From assembly GCA_018064365.1 (NCBI GenBank), contig JAGHVJ010000019.1:1-46369 (forward strand): a stretch of DNA of 46,369 nt, read 5' to 3'. Below the pieces are notes generated by a model. That model did no database searches and had not been told where the DNA came from. It worked only from the letters and a program-made list of their open reading frames with translations. Origin of the DNA: Candidatus Enterousia onthequi (lineage in GTDB: Bacteria > Pseudomonadota > Alphaproteobacteria > Rs-D84). Below, one piece after another: positions 1 through 8,062 of the stretch (positions are counted from its first letter, which is position 1; each line of letters begins with the position of its first letter). The translations under genes were made by a program, and so were the position numbers.

Positions 1-2526
1 TATGTCGGATGTTTTGGCAAAACCTGTTAAAGACGTGTTCATATTTTCTGTGGTAACAACAGAATCAGGTAATGCGACTTTTAATTTGTTGTTTTCGTCT
101 AGTAAATCGGATGTTTTGGCGTAATCAGTTAATGTACTGGTTCTGACGAGTGTGTTTGGTAAATTTGCCTCGATATTTCCGGTTGTTATCACCCCAGATG
201 GCAATTTTGTCGCAATTAATTTGCCGTTTTCAAATATATCCGTTGTTTTGGCGAATGTGCCTCCTAATTTGTTGGTTAAATTTTCTGTAGAAACAGAATC
301 CGCAGAGGCGTATAAACCAGATAATTTGTCAGACAATTTAGATTTGGTTAAATCGTTGTCAGTTAGATATGTGTTGCCTAATTTCCCTGATAATCTTTCT
401 GCTGTTAAATCAGAATCTTTTAAGAAATTGTTTAAGTCGGTGCTTTTTGCGTAAATATCTAAATCCGATTTTTTTGCTAGTGTGTTGATGTCGCTGCTGG
501 TTAAATAACCTTTGTTGGATATCGCGGTGTCAATCATTGTGCCCAAGGTTGTTGAGTTCGCCAAAGCAGCATTTACCTTTTCTGCGTCAATTGTTGGTAA
601 ATCATCTTTGGTTGCTAATTTTTTTGCAGATATTTTTGCATCAAAATTGTTGTCAGTAATAACATTTGCTGCTTTTAATTTGTATGCAATGCTATCAGTT
701 GTGTTTTCATCACCGTTTAACAAAGTGTTAAAACTTTGTTTTGTGGCAAAAGTGTCAGCCAATGTTGCACCCAATTTTGCCGCACTTAAATCACTTGTTT
801 TTGCAAAACCGGCGTTCTTTAATTTGTATTCAACAGAATCTGGAACATTGTCAGCACCATCCAGTTTTTCAACAGTAGCTTGTAATGCGGCAACTGTGTC
901 AATAGATGCGACTTTCAAGGCGTTATTGTTGTTTTTGTCTATAATGTTTCTATCTTGTAAATCTTTTGATATTAATTCTTTGACGGCGTTTTCATCAGTG
1001 CCGACCTCGCCTTTTAATGCAAATTTAGAGTCCAAGTTGGCCAATTCTTCTTTTGTGGCAACTTGCAAGTTTTCTTCTGTATTCAAAATACCTTTTTCTT
1101 TTAATTTTGTGGTAACAATATTATTAACTTCTGTGGTATTTGAACCGATTTTCCCGGATAATGTTGATACGGCGTTGTCATTTGCAATGATTTTTGAGGC
1201 GATTTTTTCTGGGGTGATATCGTCTGGTTTTACAAAAGATTCGCCTAATTTTTGTGTTAACTTTTCGGTGTCAATATCATCTTTGGTTGCAAAATTTTTG
1301 TTCGATAATTCTGTTGGAGTGATAAAAACATTGGTTAGTTTGTCCGACAGTGCGGTTGGTGTAATTGCGTCTGGACGAACGTAGATGTTATCAAGTTTAG
1401 AAGATAATGATTCTGGTGTGACATCGGATGCACTTGCAAATCCAGAATTTTTTAATTTGTACGCAATGGAACCAGTTGTATTTTCGTCACCATCTTGAAG
1501 AACGGATACTTTTGTTTTTAACTGAGACACATCGTCTGTGGGGGCGTATTTGGAATCCAATTTGTTTGCCAGGAAATCTGTTGTAATTTCAGATTTTTTT
1601 ATCATTTGTAATTCGTTATTAGAATCGTATATGCCTTTGTTGACCAAATTTTGTGATACCATATCATCAAACACAGATGTGTTTTGTAATGCCGCAGATA
1701 CGGTTTCTGTATTGATAATTGGTAATTCAGATTTTGTCGCAACTTGGAGTTGATTATTTGTGTCAACAATTCCGCGATTTTGTAAATCTGATTTGATTAA
1801 AGTTTTAACTGTATCTTCGTTTGTGCCGATTTTCCCAGATAATGTGGACACAGCATCATCATTTGCAATGATTTTTGATGCAATTTTTTCCGGGGTTACA
1901 TCGTCTTTTTTTGCGAATTTTACAGCCAAAGTGCTTTCCATTTTTTGCGATAATGCAATTGGTTGAATTTCTTCAGAGGTTGCGACTAACAAATTTCCGC
2001 GATTATCTACGATACCTTTTTCAACCAATTTGTCGCTAATTTTTGAATCGATGGCAGAATCTGAAACGACAGTTTCTTGTAAATCTGATATTGCTTCGTT
2101 AAAACTGGTATTTTGTGTTAAATCTGTTGTTTTAACCACGGTTTGTACTGTTGCGGGTAACGTGTTTTCTATTTGTGTTTGTTTTTGAACCAATTCATCG
2201 ATTTGTTGTTGTAAATTTTCTAAATCTTTTGCTGTTGTATGAACTTGTGTTGTTGTGCTTGTGCCTGTGTTGGGATAATAACGATTGATTTTATTTAATG
2301 GGGAAGAAAATGCGATTCGGGATGTGTTGGTATCAATATTGGCGGCGTTGGGTGTTGTTTTTGTGATGCCTGAATCAGGGGTGGTCGATATTGTGGAAAC
2401 CGTGACTTTTGGACTGCTGACGGTTGTTCCACTAGATAACGGGGTCGAACTGGCACGGATGCTGGCCGCGGCCCAGACAGTGCCGCACAATCCACAGAAA
2501 AACGCAAAAAATCCAAATTTTTTCAT
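1..2526 (-). CDS. Secreted fibrous repeat protein, phage-tail-fibre-like; paralog of 2923..6477. Only the N-terminal 842 codons are present and the gene continues past the window start.
   Basis: ATG at 2526..2524 is preceded by the RBS AAGGGGG. My manual translation of this frame stays open to position 1, which explains its absence from the ORF track. The N-terminus MKKFGFFAFFCGLCGTVWA looks like a signal peptide. It is followed by a T/S-rich stretch, a LQQQIDELV coiled-coil-like stretch and many degenerate repeats with [FYL]A[KT][KT][DS]D[LI] and KGI[VL]D..N.L.VATK motifs. The plus-strand track ORFs at 152..1966 are antisense shadows of this frame. Confidence 0.8.
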   Translation of the reverse strand, partial: MKKFGFFAFFCGLCGTVWAAASIRASSTPLSSGTTVSSPKVTVSTISTTPDSGITKTTPNAANIDTNTSRIAFSSPLNKINRYYPNTGTSTTTQVHTTAKDLENLQQQIDELVQKQTQIENTLPATVQTVVKTTDLTQNTSFNEAISDLQETVVSDSAIDSKISDKLVEKGIVDNRGNLLVATSEEIQPIALSQKMESTLAVKFAKKDDVTPEKIASKIIANDDAVSTLSGKIGTNEDTVKTLIKSDLQNRGIVDTNNQLQVATKSELPIINTETVSAALQNTSVFDDMVSQNLVNKGIYDSNNELQMIKKSEITTDFLANKLDSKYAPTDDVSQLKTKVSVLQDGDENTTGSIAYKLKNSGFASASDVTPESLSSKLDNIYVRPDAITPTALSDKLTNVFITPTELSNKNFATKDDIDTEKLTQKLGESFVKPDDITPEKIASKIIANDNAVSTLSGKIGSNTTEVNNIVTTKLKEKGILNTEENLQVATKEELANLDSKFALKGEVGTDENAVKELISKDLQDRNIIDKNNNNALKVASIDTVAALQATVEKLDGADNVPDSVEYKLKNAGFAKTSDLSAAKLGATLADTFATKQSFNTLLNGDENTTDSIAYKLKAANVITDNNFDAKISAKKLATKDDLPTIDAEKVNAALANSTTLGTMIDTAISNKGYLTSSDINTLAKKSDLDIYAKSTDLNNFLKDSDLTAERLSGKLGNTYLTDNDLTKSKLSDKLSGLYASADSVSTENLTNKLGGTFAKTTDIFENGKLIATKLPSGVITTGNIEANLPNTLVRTSTLTDYAKTSDLLDENNKLKVALPDSVVTTENMNTSLTGFAKTSDI
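968..1225 (-). repeat. Module shared with 5300..5557 (inter-paralog repeat)
   Basis: It aligns without gaps at an offset of 4332 nt to 5300..5557, and most positions are identical by eye. Examples are gatattaattctttgacggc and cttttaatgcaaatttagagtcc in both copies. A related copy also occurs at about 1800..1900. Confidence 0.8.
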
Positions 2527-2641
2527 AATTTTCCCCCTTGTGTTTATCGCAAAACAATCCTTTCTTGATATAAATGGTAGAAAAAAACAAATGTTCAAAG
2601 CAAGTGTATTTTTCAGTTTTTTATATGTTTTTTATTGCTTT

Positions 2642-2670
2642 TTGACACTTGGTGAATTAACATTTGAAAA
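2642..2670 (+). promoter_or_regulatory. Putative sigma70 promoter for tRNA-Pro
   Basis: TTGACA (2642..2647), a 17-nt spacer, then TGAAAA (2665..2670). The mature tRNA 5' end lies 7 nt downstream. Confidence 0.35.
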
Positions 2671-2676
2671 TGTTGT

Positions 2677-2753
2677 CGGGGTGTAGCTCAGCCTGGTAGA
2701 GTACTTGCATGGGGTGCAAGGGGTCGCAGGTTCGATTCCTGTCACCCCGACCA
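2677..2753 (+). tRNA. tRNA-Pro (anticodon GGG), CCA encoded
   Basis: I folded the cloverleaf by hand. The acceptor stem is cggggtg/caccccg and the D stem is gctc/gagt. The anticodon stem is cttgc/gcaag with loop a-t-GGG-g-t, giving U33 and G37. The T arm is gcagg-ttcgatt-cctgt, followed by discriminator A and CCA. Confidence 0.93.
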
Positions 2754-2775
2754 GTTCATAAAAAAATAGATATGA

Positions 2776-2832
2776 TAGGGACTTGATGGTGCGCAAACGT
2801 ACTCGCAGGTTCGATTTCTGTCATCCCGACCT
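2776..2832 (+). pseudogene. Decayed tRNA-Pro-like remnant (copy of the tRNA 3' part)
   Basis: 2803..2831 (tcgcaggttcgatttctgtcatcccgacc) matches tRNA positions 2724..2752 at 27 of 29 nt. Weaker similarity extends upstream (tagggacttgatggtgcgcaa versus tagagtacttgcatggggtgcaa). No 5' acceptor strand is present and no 7-nt anticodon loop can form. Confidence 0.7.
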
Positions 2833-2854
2833 GTTTGAAATAAAATTAAAAACA

Positions 2855-2880
2855 AAAAATCGGTAAAAAACCGATTTTTT
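2855..2880. terminator. Bidirectional rho-independent terminator
   Basis: A perfect 10-bp stem aaaaaatcgg/ccgatttttt with a 6-nt loop. A/T runs on both sides serve the tRNA on the plus strand and the fibre gene on the minus strand. Confidence 0.7.
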
Positions 2881-2922
2881 GTTTAGTTAGAAAAGGGTTA
2901 TTATTTCCCAATTATTCCAGAA

Positions 2923-5900
2923 TTATTTTGTTGGCATCAGACATCCTGTGGTAATACACGGTTTTGGCTTGGTGATATTTGTGTTGATTGTTATAGCGCC
3001 ATTGGCAATTGTTAAACCACCATTGTGTATGTAAGTTACAAGGTCATCCATTGTTAGTGCTTCTTCGGCCGCTTTGCTTTTTATCAAAGTGCTTAAACTG
3101 CTGGTAGAGGTTCCACCTAGTTCGGTTTTTAGCGCGTTTATGGCTAAGTTATTTATTTCTGAATCAGTTTTAGCGATTTTCATCACAGAACCTGTATATG
3201 CAGAATCTTCAGACCAACTTAAATTTCCAGTAGTAGAATCAAATACTGGTTTAAATGTTTTTCCATTTGTACCGTCTTTACCAGCGGCGCCTTTGAGGGT
3301 GTCTATGAAGCCTGCACGATATGTGGGTAAAGCCAATGTTGCACCGCTTAATGTGAAACTACCTTTTTGGATTTCTGCTGTTTGCAGTTCATTAAATTTC
3401 TGGTCTGCTTCGGATTCTCCGCCTATCAGGTCAGGATCGGCAGCAACTGCAGCCAAGCATGCGTTCATATCAGTAAAGTATCCCCCCTTGCCTGCTGTGC
3501 TACCTATTTCTATCTTGCCTGCATAATAATCAGAAATGTCTTTGAGTTTAGCGTATGCACGTGTCATTTTTGCAGGTGATAGACGCATAGCCACAGTATT
3601 GTCGTTTTTCCGTGAATGAGCATCGCACCATAAGTCAGCAGCGGATTGTCCGTTTAAGCCATCTTTACCTTTTTCACCATTTTTACCATTTTCACCATCT
3701 TTTCCTTTGAGGGTGTTTATAAAGTTTGTGCGATGGTTGGCCAAATCGATACTGGCTGTTTTTAAGACGAATTTTCCTGATGTTACGTTGCTTAGTTGTG
3801 TCCGATTAAATTCTTGATCGGCTTCGGATTCACCGCCCATCAAGTCTGGGTTAGCAGTGATCGCTGATACACAGGATTCCATGTCTGCGAAAATACCACC
3901 GCCCAGTTTTGTATCGATTGTGATTGCGCCTGCATTTCTTATATTTGTATCAAATACTCTTACCATTTTTGCAGGAGATAAAGCCAAGGTTGGGTTTCCT
4001 TTAATGTGTGCTTCGCACCAAGCGACTATGGCAGATTTTCCATCTTGCCCGTCTTGACCATTTTGACCGTCGGTGCCCGACATAATTTCATTATATTTCT
4101 CTTCACAAGCAGAAACAAAGTTTTGGTTGCTGTTAGTGCCAAAAGTTTTTACGGATAATCTGTCTTTTGTTGTGCTTGCATTTTTCAATGTTTGCATTTT
4201 AGAAGTACCAAATGTGTTAGACAATTTTTGTCCGATGCCAGTTGTTAAATCTAATGCATCAAATTTTTGAACCAAAGACAAACAATATGCACGTGCTCCA
4301 CCCTGGATTGCGTTGTATTCTGAGGAAGTGAAGTTATCGCATGTTTTATTATCGCCGTATAATGGTTTAATAATCGCATCCAAATTAGTGATTGAGGTGT
4401 CTTTTTCGTTTTTTGCCTCGCAATATGCGTGCCATGCAGTTTCGGCGTCTTCGCCGTCGGTACCAGACATGATTTCGCTATACCGTGCCTCACATGCCTC
4501 CATAAATGTTGCATTTGTTTTGATGGAACTGGCCGTAAATCCAGTCAATTTTACTCTGGACTGGGCGTTGGGTGCGCTGTTAAATGCGGTCATCTTGTCA
4601 GATCCAAATGTTGCGACCAATTTTTTACCAATGCCACTGGTTAAATCCAATGGGTTTTGAGTCAAAGATAAACAGTATGCGCGTGCGCCACCCATGATGG
4701 CGTTGTATTGTGCGTAACTAAACTTGGTTGCGTTGGCACAATCAGATAATTGTGTGACAGATGAGTATAATGCCTTTACTATATCCAGATTTTCTTCGCA
4801 ATATTGTTGTTGAACAGATTTTGCAGATATGCCAGGGTCGCCTTTTTCTCCTTTGAAAGGAACGCCATTGTGTTCACATGTATCATCGGTGCAACTGCAA
4901 ATATATAACAATGCGTCGGTTGTGTTATAGTATGCGTGGCTTTGTGTGTTTGTGTTGCATGATGGCAAATCTGATGTTGATGAAACATTTCCTTTGAAGG
5001 AAAATCCAGAGCCGGCTTCACCTTTGTCACCTTTGACAGATTGTAAGAATTCCGAATCGTTTTTTAAAGTATTTGCTATGTCTGTGGCGGATGCAGATTC
5101 GCCGTCCGCGCCTTTTAATGCGTTACGTAAATTGTCGTTATTCTTGATTTTATGTAACAAACTGTCTGGGGTGTCTATATCTCCGTTGATAGTGTTGTCG
5201 AGTTTTTCTACGGTATCTGATAATTCGGCCATTTTTTCGTCTGTGGCGATTGTTAATGTGCCTTGTTCGTTAACAATGCCACGTTCGTATAAATCTTTAG
5301 ATATTAATTCTTTGACGGCAGTTTCATCGGTGCCAACCTCGCCTTTTAATGCAAATTTAGAGTCCAGGTTTGCTATTTCGTCTTTGGTGGCAACTTGCAA
5401 ATTTTCTTCTGGGTTCAAAATACCTTTTTCTTTTAACTTTGCGGTAACAATAGTGTTAACCTCTGTGGCGTTCGGACCAATTTTTCCGGATAATGTAGCG
5501 GTCGCAACGGCATCATCTGCAATAGCGGCGGCGATTGCGGTTGGTGTGATTTCGTCTTTGGTTGCCAGATTTTGTATTGCATCAGAATTAATGAAGTTTT
5601 TTTCGTTTAATGCAGATTCTGTCACATATCCTTTGGCGGTTATTTCTTCAGAAACCATATTTTTAAAGTTTTGTGAGTTACGTAATGCGTTTGTAACCGT
5701 TTCTTCGGACACAACAACCTGTCCTTTCTTTTCAACGTTTAATTCGCCGTCTTTTAATACGCCTACATCGGTCAATTCATTTGTAATGATGTCACGAATT
5801 TCGCTTTCTTTTGGTTGAATACTATTGACTAATGTGGTCGTTGCGTCAGTGTTTGTTACGATTTTTTGAGCCAAGACATCTGGTTCAATGTCGATTTTTT

Positions 5901-6477
5901 TGGCGAAAGTCACTTCGTTATTGGCGTCAAGTATGCCACGAACTTTTAGACGATTGTCGATATCTGAATTTAAAGATTCTGTATAATTGTCTGTTATCTG
6001 TTGTATAGAAGTTAAAGATGTGGATAAGCCTTGGGTTGTAGAACGAATTTCGGAAAGTGTGTCTTTTAAATCACGATTCGTCGTTGTTAAATCAAGGCTT
6101 TTTATTTGTGACTCAACGGTGTTTTCGACATCGTCGCGTGTAATTTGATTTTGTTCCAGTCCCAATTGTGCGCTGCGCAAATCGTTTATTTGTTGTTGTA
6201 ATTCGGCCAAAACAGATGATGAAACATTGCCGCCACCAGAACTTGGAGCAGGAACGACAGTTGTTGGTGTGAATTTTGATAAAGCAGAAGGTCGCGTTGT
6301 ATTATTGGAAGTTGTCTTCGTTGTGGATGTAGTCAAAATAGTGTTTCCGGATGCGGGTTTGATAGTGTTATTTGTCATGCTGATAGAGCCAGCACGAACG
6401 GTTGGCTGTAAAGCATTAGCAACAGAATATATTGTGGCACATATAAAAGCGACAAGTAAACGAATATGACGTAGCAT
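2923..6477 (-). CDS. Secreted fibre protein (1184 aa) with tail-fibre-like repeats, collagen-like G-X-Y tracts and duplicated Cys-containing globular domains
   Basis: This is track ORF 2923..6528. I prefer the internal ATG at 6477, which has the RBS GAGGGG and yields MLRHIRLLVAFICATIYSVANA, a signal peptide. G-X-Y tracts include GKDGENGKNGEKGKDGLNGQS and GTDGQNGQDGQDGKS. A GFSFKGNV...YICSC...FKGEKGDPG knob-like segment is present. Confidence 0.85.
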   Translation of the reverse strand: MLRHIRLLVAFICATIYSVANALQPTVRAGSISMTNNTIKPASGNTILTTSTTKTTSNNTTRPSALSKFTPTTVVPAPSSGGGNVSSSVLAELQQQINDLRSAQLGLEQNQITRDDVENTVESQIKSLDLTTTNRDLKDTLSEIRSTTQGLSTSLTSIQQITDNYTESLNSDIDNRLKVRGILDANNEVTFAKKIDIEPDVLAQKIVTNTDATTTLVNSIQPKESEIRDIITNELTDVGVLKDGELNVEKKGQVVVSEETVTNALRNSQNFKNMVSEEITAKGYVTESALNEKNFINSDAIQNLATKDEITPTAIAAAIADDAVATATLSGKIGPNATEVNTIVTAKLKEKGILNPEENLQVATKDEIANLDSKFALKGEVGTDETAVKELISKDLYERGIVNEQGTLTIATDEKMAELSDTVEKLDNTINGDIDTPDSLLHKIKNNDNLRNALKGADGESASATDIANTLKNDSEFLQSVKGDKGEAGSGFSFKGNVSSTSDLPSCNTNTQSHAYYNTTDALLYICSCTDDTCEHNGVPFKGEKGDPGISAKSVQQQYCEENLDIVKALYSSVTQLSDCANATKFSYAQYNAIMGGARAYCLSLTQNPLDLTSGIGKKLVATFGSDKMTAFNSAPNAQSRVKLTGFTASSIKTNATFMEACEARYSEIMSGTDGEDAETAWHAYCEAKNEKDTSITNLDAIIKPLYGDNKTCDNFTSSEYNAIQGGARAYCLSLVQKFDALDLTTGIGQKLSNTFGTSKMQTLKNASTTKDRLSVKTFGTNSNQNFVSACEEKYNEIMSGTDGQNGQDGQDGKSAIVAWCEAHIKGNPTLALSPAKMVRVFDTNIRNAGAITIDTKLGGGIFADMESCVSAITANPDLMGGESEADQEFNRTQLSNVTSGKFVLKTASIDLANHRTNFINTLKGKDGENGKNGEKGKDGLNGQSAADLWCDAHSRKNDNTVAMRLSPAKMTRAYAKLKDISDYYAGKIEIGSTAGKGGYFTDMNACLAAVAADPDLIGGESEADQKFNELQTAEIQKGSFTLSGATLALPTYRAGFIDTLKGAAGKDGTNGKTFKPVFDSTTGNLSWSEDSAYTGSVMKIAKTDSEINNLAINALKTELGGTSTSSLSTLIKSKAAEEALTMDDLVTYIHNGGLTIANGAITINTNITKPKPCITTGCLMPTK
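5300..5557 (-). repeat. Module shared with 968..1225 (inter-paralog repeat)
   Basis: See 968..1225. In both proteins it encodes ...DAVATATLSGKIGPNATEVNTIVTAKLKEKGILNPEENLQVATKDEIANLDSKFALKGEVGTDETAVKELISKD-like sequence. Confidence 0.8.
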
Positions 6478-6556
6478 GATTTTTCCCCTCTGGTTTATAA
6501 AAGTCCTTTCTTGAAAAAAGTTTAGCAAAAATAAAAAAAATCACGCAAGGACTTTT

Positions 6557-6988
6557 TTAGTTTTTTTTGCATGTTTGGTCAATTGAGTCTGAGATGTGCT
6601 GAAACATTGCACGTTTGCGTGCGGAATTTTTTGCACAAGGGTCGCAAGACGAACGTACATCCCCCATTTTACATATAAATTTTTGTCCGTTGCAATTGCC
6701 GGTTGTTCTGACGGGAACAATTCTGTTGGCATAATTTTGTTCCATTTCTAGGTAGTGTTTTGGTATTTCGTGTGGGCGATTTTGCCAGATAGCGGTTGTT
6801 TTGTCTGCTGTTGTGCGTTGGCAAATTTTGTTTGACCGTGTGTGTTGCATGGTAATTTTGTCGTTGATTGATGCTTCTCGATTATTGGCAGTAATTAAAA
6901 CCCAAACAACCAAAACGGTACATAATGTTGCTACAATGAATAATAACATGTAATGCGCAACAGAAAAAGCAGATGGTGTGTCGTTCAT
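6557..6988 (-). CDS. Hypothetical membrane-anchored small protein (143 aa)
   Basis: The RBS AAGGAG lies 8 nt upstream of the ATG. The N-terminus has a hydrophobic helix (HYMLLFIVATLCTVLVVWVLI) and the C-terminus carries several Cys. I recognise no family. It sits directly upstream of, and co-directional with, the fibre gene. Confidence 0.55.
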   Translation of the reverse strand: MNDTPSAFSVAHYMLLFIVATLCTVLVVWVLITANNREASINDKITMQHTRSNKICQRTTADKTTAIWQNRPHEIPKHYLEMEQNYANRIVPVRTTGNCNGQKFICKMGDVRSSCDPCAKNSARKRAMFQHISDSIDQTCKKN

Positions 6989-7139
6989 AAAATACTCCTT
7001 GGGGTTAAAATTTGTATGTAAATTGTATAAAATTTGCGAGATATAAAATATGGGTATCTTTTCTTTGGTTGCTTTTTTGATAATTTTGGTGTAGAATATT
7101 GGGTCGCAATTATAACAGTATTATCAAAGAGGTTTTGAA

Positions 7140-8027
7140 ATGTTTGTTACCGAAAAATTAAAAACATTTTCTTGGATAAATGTTGGCAATCCTGATCATG
7201 ATGATTTTGAAAGATTGCAATCCGAGTACAAGATTGATGAAGATAATATTATCGATATTTTAGACCCTGATGAACAGCCTCGATTGGAAATAGAAGATGA
7301 TTACAAGGTCATTATTGTGCGATTCCCTATCATAAACCATGAAAACGATACTTTGTGGCATACAGAGCCTTTATCAATTATTTATTCGCCAAATCGTGTA
7401 ATTACTATATGTAGAAAACGTTGTGATTTGTTGGATAAGATTAAAAAGGATGAAAAAACCTCTCGCGAGGATTTTGTCTTGAATATTTTATTTTATATTG
7501 CCGAGTCTTATTTGCGCTTTTTGAAAGAGTTAAATAAACGGGTTTTGGCAACTAAAAAAGTTTTGCAGCAAAGTGTTTCGAAATACGATTTAATGGCGTT
7601 GTTAGAGGTTGAGAACAGTTATACTTTGTATATGAGTGGTATCAAAGGAAATGTTTCTGTGTTGGATAAATTGGAAAAAATGCGCGGTTTTATCAAGACG
7701 GATGATGCGCAAGAGTTGTCCGAAGATGTTAGGATAGAACTTGGTCAGGCTATCGAGGTTGTGACAAGTTATAGTAAAATGTTAAAATCTATTAAAGAAA
7801 CCTTTGAAAGTATTATAAATATGGAATCTAACCGATATATTAATCGGTTGACAATGTGGAATATTATTTTGGTGATTCCTACGGTGATTGTTGGCTTTTA
7901 TGGTATGAATGTTTCTTTGCCGTTTGCTGAGTATTCTTTTACGGCAATAGGTATATTTGTTGTGATAATTTTGTTGTTGGTTGGTTTTGCGTGTTTTAGT
8001 TGGATAAAGTCTAAAAAATTACGTTAA
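7140..8027 (+). CDS. corA: CorA-family magnesium/cobalt transporter
   Basis: The YGMN motif (GFYGMNVSLPF) lies between two C-terminal TM helices. The length of 295 aa and the soluble acidic N-terminal domain are typical of the family. Confidence 0.85.
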   Translation: MFVTEKLKTFSWINVGNPDHDDFERLQSEYKIDEDNIIDILDPDEQPRLEIEDDYKVIIVRFPIINHENDTLWHTEPLSIIYSPNRVITICRKRCDLLDKIKKDEKTSREDFVLNILFYIAESYLRFLKELNKRVLATKKVLQQSVSKYDLMALLEVENSYTLYMSGIKGNVSVLDKLEKMRGFIKTDDAQELSEDVRIELGQAIEVVTSYSKMLKSIKETFESIINMESNRYINRLTMWNIILVIPTVIVGFYGMNVSLPFAEYSFTAIGIFVVIILLLVGFACFSWIKSKKLR

Positions 8028-8029
8028 AC

Positions 8030-8056
8030 AAACCGCCTAATTGGCGGTTTTTATTT
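8030..8056. terminator. Bidirectional terminator between corA and argS
   Basis: Hairpin aaccgcc-taatt-ggcggtt followed by a T-run; an A-run precedes it on the other strand. Confidence 0.7.
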
Positions 8057-8062
8057 TGTTTT

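Noticed and set aside
152-1966. Four plus-strand track ORFs (152..454, 512..1384, 1538..1753, 1760..1966) with F/S/V/N-rich low-complexity translations
   Set aside because: They are antisense shadows of the long minus-strand fibre gene (1..2526). The same kind of shadow (4946..5818) lies inside the paralog 2923..6477 and translates to near-identical nonsense (SLTAVSSVPTSPFNANLES...). None has an RBS or any plausible protein features.
2285-2686. Track ORFs 2285..2686 (+) and 2295..2516 (-) near the start of the partial fibre gene
   Set aside because: Both overlap the N-terminal coding region and promoter region of the 1..2526 gene in other frames. The plus ORF runs into the tRNA. Neither has supporting motifs.
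6478-6528. N-terminal extension MLNFFQERTFINQRGKI of the 2923..6528 track ORF
   Set aside because: The internal ATG at 6477 has a G-rich RBS and starts a canonical signal peptide. The extension has no RBS and covers the leader block that is conserved with the paralog.
1-6528. A diversity-generating retroelement (DGR) or cassette-switching explanation for the repeated fibre modules
   Set aside because: No reverse transcriptase is present in the window. Mismatches between the shared modules (968..1225 versus 5300..5557) are mixed transitions and transversions rather than adenine-specific. Both copies lie inside full-length reading frames, so ordinary paralogy explains them.
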